Source: Nocardiaceae bacterium
GTDB lineage: Bacteria > Actinomycetota > Actinomycetes > Mycobacteriales > Mycobacteriaceae
Reading direction: 5' to 3'
Length of the DNA stretch: 64,000 nucleotides
Assembly: GCA_021372355.1 (NCBI GenBank)
Contig: JAJFUQ010000066.1
Coordinates: forward strand, 962 to 64,961
Shown: positions 19,973 to 28,772 of the stretch, one piece after another
Layout of the letters: every line of letters begins with the position of its first letter
How positions within the stretch are numbered: the first letter of the stretch is position 1
Notes under the pieces: model-generated
Told to the model about the DNA's origin: nothing
The model's database searches: none
Seen by the model: the letters and a program-made list of their open reading frames with translations, nothing else
Translations under genes and position numbers: made by a program

Positions 19973-21096
19973 GCGGACTTTCAGTTGTCGTTGCGGGTGG
20001 TGGAACCGCTGGCCATATCGAGCCGGCGCTCGCCGTGGCGGACGCGCTCCGCGCTCTCGATCCGTCGATCCGGGTCACCGCTCTCGGTACCTCGAAGGGG
20101 CTCGATTCCACGCTGATTCCCGCGCGTGGTTACCCGCTGGAGTTGATTCCGCCGGTCCCGATGCCGCGCAAACCGAACAAGGACCTGTTGCGGCTGCCGG
20201 GACGAGTGCGCGATGCCTACCGCCAGACGCGGAAAGTTCTCGAGTCCGTCGACGCCGATGTCGTGATCGGATTCGGTGGCTACGTGTCGCTGCCGGCGTA
20301 TTTGGCGGCAAGTTGGCCGATGCGCAAGAAGAAGCGCATTCCGGTCGTCGTTCACGAAGCCAATGCGAAGGGCGGCCTCGCGAACAAGGTCGGCGCACGT
20401 CGTGCGGCGCGCGTCCTGGCGGCGGTGCCGGATTCGGGGATCCACGCGAAGGGCTTGAAGGATGCCGAGATCATCGGCATCCCGGTGCGTTCGTCGATCA
20501 CGTCGCTAGACCGTGCGGCGCTGCGCGCCGAAGCGCGCAAGCACTTCGGCCTGCCGGCGGACGGTCCGGTGCTGCTGGTCTTCGGCGGGTCTCAGGGCGC
20601 GCGCTCGCTCAACAACGCGTGCTCGGGTGCCGCCAAGGCCTTCGTCGACGCCGGCATCTCGGTGCTCCACGCCCATGGACCGAAGAACACGCTCGAATTG
20701 CCTGACGGCATTGCCGATGGCAAGGGTGCGAAGTACGTCGCCGTGCCCTACCTCAATCGCATGGACCTGGCGTATTCGGCGGCCGATGCGGTCGTGTGCC
20801 GCTCCGGCGCAATGACCGTTGCCGAGGTGTCGGCAGTCGGCCTGCCCGCGACCTACGTGCCGCTTCCGATCGGAAACGGTGAGCAGGAACTCAACGCCAT
20901 CCCGGTAGTTTCGGCCGGCGGCGGAGCAATAGTGAAGGATGCGGACCTCTCCGCCCAGTATCTGATCGACAATGTGATTCCGCTGATGCATGACGCGGGC
21001 AGACTTTCCGGAATGGGCCGGGCGGCTGCTGATGCTGGACACCGCGACGCGGCGACCTTGGTCGCACGCATCGTGATGGAGGTGGCACGAAAATGA
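19969..21096 (+). CDS. murG: Lipid II GlcNAc transferase
   Basis: [29 protein letters not shown] and [14 protein letters not shown] overlap with the ftsW stop. Confidence 0.97.
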   Translation: MSGLSVVVAGGGTAGHIEPALAVADALRALDPSIRVTALGTSKGLDSTLIPARGYPLELIPPVPMPRKPNKDLLRLPGRVRDAYRQTRKVLESVDADVVIGFGGYVSLPAYLAASWPMRKKKRIPVVVHEANAKGGLANKVGARRAARVLAAVPDSGIHAKGLKDAEIIGIPVRSSITSLDRAALRAEARKHFGLPADGPVLLVFGGSQGARSLNNACSGAAKAFVDAGISVLHAHGPKNTLELPDGIADGKGAKYVAVPYLNRMDLAYSAADAVVCRSGAMTVAEVSAVGLPATYVPLPIGNGEQELNAIPVVSAGGGAIVKDADLSAQYLIDNVIPLMHDAGRLSGMGRAAADAGHRDAATLVARIVMEVARK

Positions 21097-22586
21097 CTGA
21101 GGTCGCGACTGACCTGCCGGAGCAGCTGCAGCGGGTGCACATGATCGGCATCGGCGGTGCGGGAATGTCGGGCGTAGCCCGCATTCTGCTGGCGCGCGGT
21201 GGACAGGTCAGCGGCTCGGATGCGAAGGAGAGCCGCGCGATTCTCGCGCTGCGTGCTCGGGGCGCTTCGATCCGGATCGGACACGACGCTTCCGCGCTCG
21301 ACCTGCTCGAGGGCGGCCCGACGGCGGTCGTCTCGACCGAAGCGGCAATCCCGAAGGACAACCCGGAGTTGGTGGCGGCGGGGGAACGGGGCATTCCGGT
21401 CCTGTTCCGTCCGAAGGTGCTCTCACAGCTCATGAAGGGCAGCACCACACTGCTCGTGTGCGGCACCCACGGTAAGACGTCGACGACGTCGATGCTGGTG
21501 GTGGCGTTGCAGCACTGCGGCCTCGATCCGTCGTTCGCCGTTGGTGGTGAGCTCAACGAGTCGGGCACCAATGCGCACCACGGAACCGGCGGATTGTTCG
21601 TCGCCGAGGCGGACGAGAGTGATGGTTCGCTGCTGCAATACGACCCGAACATCGTGGTCGTGACGAACATCGAGGCCGATCATCTCGACCACTTCGGTTC
21701 GGTCGAGGCGTACGTCCAGGTCTTCGACGACTTCGCCCTGCGGATCGCACCCGGCGGACTGCTGGTGGCGTGCCTCGACGACGAAGGATCTGCTGCGTAC
21801 GCCAAGCGGGTCCTCAAGGAGCGTCCGGACGTCCGGGTCATCGGCTATGGCTCCGCGGGCACCGAGGCGGATCCGACGATTCCGTTCGCAGCCAAGATGC
21901 TCAGCTTCGAGCCGCGGGAAGTCGGCGGCACGGTCGTGTTCCAGCTTTCCGACGAGTCGACTCCGCGGAATGTGCACTTGTCGGTGCCCGGTCGACATAT
22001 GGCGCTCAACGCGCTCGGTGCGTTCCTCGCGGGGCGTGATGCCGGCGCATCGGCGGACGACCTCATCGAAGGCCTCGAGGGATTCGGGGGCGTCAACCGT
22101 CGCTTCCAGTTCGTCGGCCGCGAAGACAACGTTCTGGTCTTCGACGACTACGCCCACCATCCGACCGAGGTACGTGCGGTTCTCGAGGCCGCGCAGGAAC
22201 TCGTCGAGCAGGAGGCGAAGGACGGACATCGGTCGCGCCGAGGGAACGTCGTCGTCATCTTCCAGCCTCACCTGTACAGCCGGACCGAGGCGTTCGCCGC
22301 AGAGTTCGCCGAGGCGCTGAGCCTGGCCGACATCGTCGTGGTGCTCGACGTCTACGGTGCGCGCGAGGAGCCGATTCCGGGTGTCAGCGGCGCCCGTATC
22401 GCCGAGGCGGTGACGAAGCCGGTCCACTACCAGCCTGACCTGTCCAAAGTCGGCCGTCAGGTCGCCAGTCTCGCCCAGCCCGGCGACGTCGTCATCACGA
22501 TGGGTGCCGGCGACGTGACGATGCTCGGACCGGGAATCCTCGACGCCTTGAGCTCACGACAACACTATGGACGTCCTCGCGGATGA
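21093..22586 (+). CDS. murC: UDP-MurNAc:L-alanine ligase
   Basis: [29 protein letters not shown] and DDYAHHPTE. Confidence 0.97.
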   Translation: MTEVATDLPEQLQRVHMIGIGGAGMSGVARILLARGGQVSGSDAKESRAILALRARGASIRIGHDASALDLLEGGPTAVVSTEAAIPKDNPELVAAGERGIPVLFRPKVLSQLMKGSTTLLVCGTHGKTSTTSMLVVALQHCGLDPSFAVGGELNESGTNAHHGTGGLFVAEADESDGSLLQYDPNIVVVTNIEADHLDHFGSVEAYVQVFDDFALRIAPGGLLVACLDDEGSAAYAKRVLKERPDVRVIGYGSAGTEADPTIPFAAKMLSFEPREVGGTVVFQLSDESTPRNVHLSVPGRHMALNALGAFLAGRDAGASADDLIEGLEGFGGVNRRFQFVGREDNVLVFDDYAHHPTEVRAVLEAAQELVEQEAKDGHRSRRGNVVVIFQPHLYSRTEAFAAEFAEALSLADIVVVLDVYGAREEPIPGVSGARIAEAVTKPVHYQPDLSKVGRQVASLAQPGDVVITMGAGDVTMLGPGILDALSSRQHYGRPRG

Positions 22587-23359
22587 GTTCGAGTTCGACA
22601 AGAAGTGCGGGTCGGACGGAGTACCGCGAGTCCGCAAAGGACTCCGTGGCCAAACCGACTCGCATTGAGCCTCCGGCCGAGGCGCCACCGCGGCGTCGTG
22701 GCAAATGGAAGTCACGGCTGCTCATCGCGCTGATTCTCGTGCTCGCCGGGGTCCTCGGCTGGGCGGTGTACTTCTCGCCGATGTTCTCGGTGCGGCGTAT
22801 CGACGTCGACGGTCTGCACGTCGTCAAGCAGGAGGACGTCATGAAGGCGCTCGACGTGCCGCTGGGCGTGCCGCTCCTGCAGGTCGACACGAAGGGTGCG
22901 GCCCGACGCGTGGCGAATCTGCCGAAGGTGGCGCTCGTGCGCGTCCAGCGCAGCTATCCGTCGGCGCTGAAGGTCACCGTGACCGAGCGGGTCGCGGCGG
23001 CGTATTTCACGACTGAGCAGGGGACGCACGTCGTCGACCTCGACGGCGTCGATTTCTCGACCGAACCTGCGCCGAAGGGTCTGCCCCGACTGCGGATCGA
23101 TTCGCCGAGCCAGCGCGATCCTCGCGTCGTGGCCGCGATGACCGTGCTCGGTGCATTGCCGAAGAACCTGCGCTCGCAGGTCACCGAGCTGTACGCCAAG
23201 ACTCCCGCCGGCGTTCAGCTCATGCTGGCGGACGGCAAACGTGTGGTGTGGGGGAGCGCGGACTCGTCCGAGCTGAAGGCCAACGTCCTGGTCGCACTGC
23301 TGAGCCAACAGGGCCGCACGTACGACGTGTCGAGCCCGGATCTGCCGACGATTCGTTGA
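22583..23359 (+). CDS. ftsQ: Cell division protein FtsQ
   Basis: TM helix, POTRA-like segment ([16 protein letters not shown]) and [10 protein letters not shown] end. Sits between murC and ftsZ. Confidence 0.9.
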   Translation: MSSSSTRSAGRTEYRESAKDSVAKPTRIEPPAEAPPRRRGKWKSRLLIALILVLAGVLGWAVYFSPMFSVRRIDVDGLHVVKQEDVMKALDVPLGVPLLQVDTKGAARRVANLPKVALVRVQRSYPSALKVTVTERVAAAYFTTEQGTHVVDLDGVDFSTEPAPKGLPRLRIDSPSQRDPRVVAAMTVLGALPKNLRSQVTELYAKTPAGVQLMLADGKRVVWGSADSSELKANVLVALLSQQGRTYDVSSPDLPTIR

Positions 23360-23362
23360 TCG

Positions 23363-23399
23363 TGACGATTGGCCTACGGTGCGTGCAGGCCAATCGTCA
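23363..23399 (+). terminator. Hairpin after ftsQ (terminator or processing site)
   Basis: Perfect 13-bp inverted repeat TGACGATTGGCCT / AGGCCAATCGTCA. No U-tail. Confidence 0.5.
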
Positions 23400-23671
23400 G
23401 AATGCGGATTTCTTCTGAGATTCGGCGTGTCTGGCAACGGCGCGTCGCTACTCGACCTGGCAAATCAAGTCCAGCAACGAAAGATAAAAATTTGCCTACG
23501 GCGCGCCTACGCGCACGGGCGTCCGCGGACCCATAACTTTTCTAACGAACCCGCTAGTTGACATAACTATAAGCCTCAGGTTGAGGTTTAAGGTTTAGCC
23601 ACACGGGCGAAGTCGAAAAAAGGTTGCTGGCTCCCGCCAGGGACAGAGTGTGAAAAAAGGAAGGCGAGCGC

Positions 23672-24844
23672 ATGACGCCCCCGCACAACTACCTCGCCGT
23701 CATCAAGGTCGTCGGTATCGGCGGTGGCGGTGTGAATGCCGTCAACCGGATGATCGAGCAGGGACTCAAAGGTGTTGAGTTCATTGCGATCAACACTGAT
23801 GCCCAGGCCCTGTTGATGAGTGACGCTGACGTCAAGCTCGACGTCGGCCGCGAGCTGACCCGTGGACTCGGCGCCGGTGCCGACCCTGAGGTCGGCCGTA
23901 AGGCAGCTGAAGACCACAAGGACGAGATCGAGGAAGTGCTCAAGGGCGCCGACATGGTCTTCGTCACCGCTGGTGAGGGTGGTGGCACCGGAACCGGTGG
24001 CGCTCCCGTCGTCGCCAGCCTGGCGCGCAAGCTCGGCGCGCTGACCATCGGTGTTGTGACCCGCCCGTTCTCGTTCGAGGGGAAGCGACGCGGGGCGTCG
24101 GCGGAAAACGGCATCCAGGCGTTGCGCGAATCGTGCGACACCCTCATTGTCATCCCGAACGACCGCCTTCTGCAGCTCGGCGACGCCGCCGTCAGCCTCA
24201 TGGACGCGTTCCGCCAGGCGGACGACGTTCTGCTCAACGGTGTTCAGGGCATCACCGACCTCATCACGACCCCAGGTCTGATCAACGTCGACTTCGCGGA
24301 CGTCAAGAGCGTCATGGCCGGCGCGGGTAGCGCCCTCATGGGTATCGGTGCCGCCCGCGGCGACGGACGTGCCGTCAAGGCCGCCACCGCAGCCATCAAC
24401 TCGCCGCTGCTCGAGTCGTCGATGGAAGGCGCCCACGGCGTCCTGATGTCGATCGCGGGTGGTTCGGACCTGGGCCTCTTCGAGATCAACGAGGCTGCCT
24501 CGTTGGTTCAGGAAGCCGCCCACATCGACGCGAACATCATCTTCGGTACGGTCATCGATGACTCGCTCGGCGATGAAGTCCGCGTCACGGTCATTGCCGC
24601 GGGATTCGACGGCGCTCCGGCGGCTCGTCAACAGCAGCCCGCCCGTCCGACGACCGCGTCGTACGGTGGCCGCAGCAACCTCGGTTCTCAGCCGGCAAGC
24701 AGCCCGTTCACCAGCCCGGCTGCGAGCTACGAGCAGCGTCCGGCCGCGACGGTCAACGTGCGGGCGACCCCGCAGCCGGCAGCGGTCAAGGATGACGACG
24801 ACGACTTCGATGTCGACGTCCCGACCTTCATGCGTCGGAGCTGA
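23672..24844 (+). CDS. ftsZ: Cell division protein FtsZ
   Basis: [25 protein letters not shown], the GGGTGTG tubulin motif, and the DVPTFMR C-terminal peptide. Confidence 0.99.
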   Translation: MTPPHNYLAVIKVVGIGGGGVNAVNRMIEQGLKGVEFIAINTDAQALLMSDADVKLDVGRELTRGLGAGADPEVGRKAAEDHKDEIEEVLKGADMVFVTAGEGGGTGTGGAPVVASLARKLGALTIGVVTRPFSFEGKRRGASAENGIQALRESCDTLIVIPNDRLLQLGDAAVSLMDAFRQADDVLLNGVQGITDLITTPGLINVDFADVKSVMAGAGSALMGIGAARGDGRAVKAATAAINSPLLESSMEGAHGVLMSIAGGSDLGLFEINEAASLVQEAAHIDANIIFGTVIDDSLGDEVRVTVIAAGFDGAPAARQQQPARPTTASYGGRSNLGSQPASSPFTSPAASYEQRPAATVNVRATPQPAAVKDDDDDFDVDVPTFMRRS

Positions 24845-24856
24845 TCACCTCTTCGG

Positions 24857-25555
24857 ATGATCCAGTCCTTTTTCACGACTCGGAACGGTGGCGTCTCGGC
24901 GCCACCGTTCGCGTCGTTTAACCTGGGCGACCACGTCGGCGACGCGCTGCCGGATGTACTGACCAACCGCCGGATTCTCGCCGAGCAGGTCGGCCTCCCC
25001 ATCAGTGCCTTCGCCTGGATGCGGCAGACGCACAGTCGCAACGTGGCGGTCGTGTCGGCGGGAACCGCCGAACCGATCCCGGACACCGACGGACTCGTCA
25101 CAGCCACGCCGGGCGTCGTTCTTGTCGTCCTCGTCGCCGACTGCGTTCCGATTCTCATGTCCGACGCGCAGGCCGGCGTCATTGCCGCTGTGCATGCGGG
25201 TCGCGAGGGCGCTCGCCAGGGGATCGCCGCCAATGCGATCGACGCGATGGTCGAGCTCGGTGCTGAACCATCGCGCATCGAGGTTCAGCTGGGTGCGGCG
25301 GCGTGCGGCAAGCATTACGAAGTCCCGCTGGAAATGCAGCAGGAGGTCGACCGTGCCCTCCCTGGCTCGGCGGTGGAAACCGTGTGGCACACCGCGGGAA
25401 TCGATGTTCGGCTCGGACTCGATCGCCAGTTCCGCGATCTCGGTGTGACGAGCATTCGCCACGACTCCCGATGCACCATTGAGGATGAGGCGTTGTTCAG
25501 CCATCGTCGCGGTGCGCCGACTGGGCGTATCGCAGGTGTCATCTGGATGGATTGA
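24857..25555 (+). CDS. pgeF: Peptidoglycan editing factor / purine nucleoside phosphorylase PgeF (YfiH)
   Basis: SFNLGDHVGD, QTHS, VADCVP, AVHAGR and RCTIED..FSHRR. Confidence 0.93.
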   Translation: MIQSFFTTRNGGVSAPPFASFNLGDHVGDALPDVLTNRRILAEQVGLPISAFAWMRQTHSRNVAVVSAGTAEPIPDTDGLVTATPGVVLVVLVADCVPILMSDAQAGVIAAVHAGREGARQGIAANAIDAMVELGAEPSRIEVQLGAAACGKHYEVPLEMQQEVDRALPGSAVETVWHTAGIDVRLGLDRQFRDLGVTSIRHDSRCTIEDEALFSHRRGAPTGRIAGVIWMD

Positions 25556-25587
25556 TGTACCGGGCGAGCGAACCGACAGGAGAAAAG

Positions 25588-26340
25588 ATGTCGCGAGTCA
25601 CGGAACTGTCGGCGAACCTGACGGAAGTACGGGAGCGGCTGTCCGCGGCGTGCGCGGCAGCTGGCCGCAAACCCTCGGAAGTCACTCTCCTTGCGGTGAC
25701 CAAGTTCTGGCCGGCGTCGGATGTCATCGCTCTGCACTCGCTGGGACTCAACGAATTCGGGGAAGCGCGCGAACCCGAGGCCTCGCGGAAGGTCGCCACC
25801 GTCGAGGCTGCCATCGGCAGCGAACTGGTGTGGCACATGATCGGCCGACTCCAGACCAACAAAGCGAAGTCGATCGCAAAGTGGGCTCAGGTTGTTCATT
25901 CGGTCGATTCACTGCGTCACATTGATGCATTGCAGGTAGGTCGTGAGGCCGCGAGCGTCCGTGATCCGATCGATGTCCTTCTTCAGCTCAGTTTGGACGG
26001 TGATCCGTCGCGCGGCGGTGTCGTCGCCTCCGATCTGGCCCAGCTAGCCGATGCCGTGGGAGCCAGTTCTCACCTGCGATTGGCCGGCTTGATGGCGGTT
26101 CCGCCGGTCGTGGCGCAACCGGAACGTGCCTTCGCCGAGATAGCTCGGGTATACGCCGAATTTCGTGCGCGTTATCCCTCTGTGAATGTGCTGTCCGCCG
26201 GAATGAGCGCCGACTTGGAGATTGCTGTCAATTACGGATCGACGTGCGTGCGTGTCGGTACCGCGTTGCTAGGTTCGCGCCCATTAATCTCGAATCAGCC
26301 GCAGAGCACATCAGTAACACAGGCAACAAACCCTGCGTGA
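25588..26340 (+). CDS. yggS: PLP homeostasis protein YggS
   Basis: LLAVTKF, HMIGRLQTNK and SAGMSADLEIAVNYGSTCVRVGTALLG. Confidence 0.95.
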   Translation: MSRVTELSANLTEVRERLSAACAAAGRKPSEVTLLAVTKFWPASDVIALHSLGLNEFGEAREPEASRKVATVEAAIGSELVWHMIGRLQTNKAKSIAKWAQVVHSVDSLRHIDALQVGREAASVRDPIDVLLQLSLDGDPSRGGVVASDLAQLADAVGASSHLRLAGLMAVPPVVAQPERAFAEIARVYAEFRARYPSVNVLSAGMSADLEIAVNYGSTCVRVGTALLGSRPLISNQPQSTSVTQATNPA

Positions 26341-26377
26341 CCAGCAGATTTAACGCAGTGCCGAGGAAGGTCGATCA

Positions 26378-26962
26378 ATGAGCATCATGCACAAGGCCAA
26401 GCAGTACTTCGGCCTTACGGAGCTGGACGGGTACGAAGACGACTACATCGATGAGCCGGCTCGCCCCCGTGCTCGAGTAGCCCGCGATCCGTACGCCGAG
26501 GTGGACCACTACGCAGACGACTACCGTCGCGACGCATACGACGACGGATATGAGCCCCGTCGTCGCCCAGAGCCGGTTATGGCTCGTGCCGCAGCGCCGG
26601 CACCCCGCACCAACGGCGCGCTCGCCATGGACGCTGCACCGCAGTCGCGCCGCGCCCCGATGTTCGACGAGGGTGGCCCCCTGTCGAAGATCACGACCCT
26701 GTGCCCGCGTGACTACAGCGAGGCTCGCACCATCGGTGAGCGCTTCCGCGAGGGCAACCCGGTCATCATGGACCTCGTCGAGATGACCAACGCTGACGCC
26801 AAGCGTCTCGTCGACTTCGCGGCAGGCCTGGCATTCGCTCTGCACGGCTCGTTCGACAAGGTCGCCGCCAAGGTGTTCCTGCTGTCGCCGGCCAACGTCG
26901 ACGTCTCGGCTGAGGAGCGTCGCCGCATCGTTGCCCAGAAGGGCTTCTACAGCCAGAACTGA
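26378..26962 (+). CDS. sepF: Cell division protein SepF
   Basis: AKQYFGL N-terminal helix, then [21 protein letters not shown] and [13 protein letters not shown]. Confidence 0.96.
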   Translation: MSIMHKAKQYFGLTELDGYEDDYIDEPARPRARVARDPYAEVDHYADDYRRDAYDDGYEPRRRPEPVMARAAAPAPRTNGALAMDAAPQSRRAPMFDEGGPLSKITTLCPRDYSEARTIGERFREGNPVIMDLVEMTNADAKRLVDFAAGLAFALHGSFDKVAAKVFLLSPANVDVSAEERRRIVAQKGFYSQN

Positions 26963-26985
26963 GTGCTCGCTCAAATCGACCTTCA

Positions 26986-27145
26986 GAGCGTGTCTGACAA
27001 TTCCTTGGCCTACTGCGCGTGATCCACGCACCCGATCTGCTTCGTTTTCCTCGTCGCACATAGCTCCGCTATGTGTTCCTCGTGCGCCTTGCATCTCGCG
27101 CACGTGGAACTCGCTCGCGGCGGCCAGGAATCGTCAGACACGCTC
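26986..27145. other. Long multi-stem structured intergenic element (candidate ncRNA or miniature inverted-repeat element)
   Basis: Perfect 13-bp terminal IR GAGCGTGTCTGAC (26986-26998) / GTCAGACACGCTC (27133-27145), continued inward by ATTCCTTGGCC / GGCCAGGAAT. Internal hairpin CACATAGC / GCTATGTG. Confidence 0.55.
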
Positions 27146-27148
27146 ACA

Positions 27149-27187
27149 CGACACCGGCGCAAATATGCGCCGGTGTCGTTGTTTGTT
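27149..27187 (+). terminator. Intrinsic terminator-like hairpin between sepF and yggT
   Basis: CGACACCGGCGCA-aata-TGCGCCGGTGTCG followed by TTGTTTGTT. Confidence 0.7.
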
Positions 27188-27218
27188 CAACGCATGATCG
27201 TCGGGCAAAGTGGACGAT

Positions 27219-27515
27219 GTGTCGGCATTCTGGGCAATCGTCTATCTCATACTTCGCTTGTTCGGCCTGTTGCTGATTGCTCGGGTGGTCATCGAATTCA
27301 TCCGTTCCTTCGCCCGTGACTGGCACCCCTCTGGTTTCATCGTCGTCATTCTCGAGGCGATTTTCACGATCACCGACCCACCGGTCCGGCTTCTGCGTAG
27401 GCTCATTCCGCCGATACCGCTCGGAGGTATCCGGCTGGACGTGTCGATCATGATCTTGCTGCTGGTGGTTCTCCTCCTCACGGAGGTAGCGGCGGGCCTC
27501 GCATCGACTGTGTAG
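27219..27515 (+). CDS. yggT: YggT family membrane protein (SepG)
   Basis: LLIARVVIEFIRSFARDWHP, TITDPPVRLLRRLIPP and GGIRLDVSI. Alternative start at 27210. Confidence 0.93.
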   Translation: MSAFWAIVYLILRLFGLLLIARVVIEFIRSFARDWHPSGFIVVILEAIFTITDPPVRLLRRLIPPIPLGGIRLDVSIMILLLVVLLLTEVAAGLASTV

Positions 27516-27601
27516 CGGTTCGGCGAATCGGCCCCGCCAGCTGGCGCAGCGGGGTTAGTGTCTGCCCGACTTTGCTTCCAGAGGTATGAGGTGATCGCAC
27601 G

Positions 27602-28480
27602 ATGGCTTTGACCCCTGCGGACGTTCATAACGTCGCGTTCAACAAGCCGCCGCTGGGACGGCGTGGTTACAACGAAGACGAGGTCGACGCATTCCTCGAC
27701 CGCGTCGAATCTGCACTTTCGGAACTGATCGCCGAGCGGGATGCGCTCCAGGCGAAGCTCGCGGCCGGTGGCGGCGCGGCGACTACCGCAGCACCGGCGG
27801 CTGCGGCACCAGTGGTCCCGGCGGTTATCGCCCGGGGTGCCGCGGGTGACGACTCCGCGGTGAAGGCGGCGCTCGCCGAACGCGATGCGCTGGCCAAGGA
27901 GCGGGACTCGCTGGTCGGGGAGCGGGACTCGCTCGTTTCCGAACGGGACGCTCTCACCAAGGAACGGGACTCGCTCAAGAGCGAGCTCGCCCGCGTGACC
28001 GCCGAGCTCGAGAAGGTGAAGTCGTCGACCGGCAGCCACCAGGGACAGAGCGATGCGCTCAAGCGCGAGCGCGATGCCCTCGCCGCCGAGCGCGACATCA
28101 TCGCCGCCAAGCTCAAGCAGACCGAGGCATCGCTGGCCGCAGCCAACGAGAAGGCGGCTGCGCCCGCTGACCCGACGGCTCCGGCAACGCGCCTGATGGC
28201 AATGGCGCAGGAAGTCGCCGACCGGGTTCAGGCGGACGCGAAGGCCGAGGCGGAGAAGGTCGTCGGCAATGCGACCAAGGAAGCCGACATGCTGCTGAGC
28301 AAGGCCCGCGAGCAGGCTGCGGCGACGGAGGCGGAGTCGAAGCGTCAACGCGGCGACCTCGAAGGAAAGATCGAGCAGCTCAAGGTCTTCGAGCGAACGT
28401 ACCGGACGCAGTTGCGTTCGTACCTGCAGACGCAGCTTTCGGAGCTCGACACCGACAAGCAACTCGCCAAGAAGAACTGA
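27602..28480 (+). CDS. divIVA: DivIVA/Wag31 polar growth scaffold
   Basis: [32 protein letters not shown]-domain and a C-terminal coiled coil ending [13 protein letters not shown]. Confidence 0.95.
   Translation: MALTPADVHNVAFNKPPLGRRGYNEDEVDAFLDRVESALSELIAERDALQAKLAAGGGAATTAAPAAAAPVVPAVIARGAAGDDSAVKAALAERDALAKERDSLVGERDSLVSERDALTKERDSLKSELARVTAELEKVKSSTGSHQGQSDALKRERDALAAERDIIAAKLKQTEASLAAANEKAAAPADPTAPATRLMAMAQEVADRVQADAKAEAEKVVGNATKEADMLLSKAREQAAATEAESKRQRGDLEGKIEQLKVFERTYRTQLRSYLQTQLSELDTDKQLAKKN
27878..27982 (+). repeat. Five tandem imperfect 21-bp repeats encoding ERD(A/S)Lxx heptads inside wag31
   Basis: gaacgcgatgcgctggccaag / gagcgggactcgctggtcggg / gagcgggactcgctcgtttcc / gaacgggacgctctcaccaag / gaacgggactcgctcaagagc. 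Confidence 0.85.
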
Positions 28481-28490
28481 CGTTCGTACC

Positions 28491-28536
28491 CATTCAGCGC
28501 TGCGCGGCACGTCCGCGCGGCGCTGAATGCCGTTTT
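28491..28536 (+). terminator. Terminator at the end of the dcw cluster
   Basis: 17-bp stem CATTCAGCGCTGCGCGG / CCGCGCGGCGCTGAATG (one G-U pair) followed by CCGTTTT. Confidence 0.75.
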
Positions 28537-28574
28537 CGGTCCACCCGGGTCAGTGGGTAGACTCGACTGTCACA

Positions 28575-28768
28575 GGCACCGATCCGGCCATCACCGGGGA
28601 GCCTTCGGAAGAAAAGTTCGCAAGAACCCACTAGAACCGAACGGGTGAGCCCGTCATCGCTCGAATTAAGCGGCTGGAATTTTCCAGCAAGCGGGGTGGT
28701 ACCGCGGCTGTGCGCGAGGCGTGCTGTCGTCCCCGTGCCGAATGGTTTACGACCTGGCACGAGGAGCA
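28575..28768 (+). ncRNA. Translational T-box riboswitch (tRNA-Ile) in the ileS leader
   Basis: Short stem I GATCCGGCCATCACCGGGGAGCC with an ATC (Ile) specifier at 28590. T-box AAGCGGGGTGGTACCGCGG at 28689-28707. Downstream CCCCGTGCCG pairs with TGGCACGAGGAG, which contains the SD. Confidence 0.9.
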
Positions 28769-28772
28769 CGTG

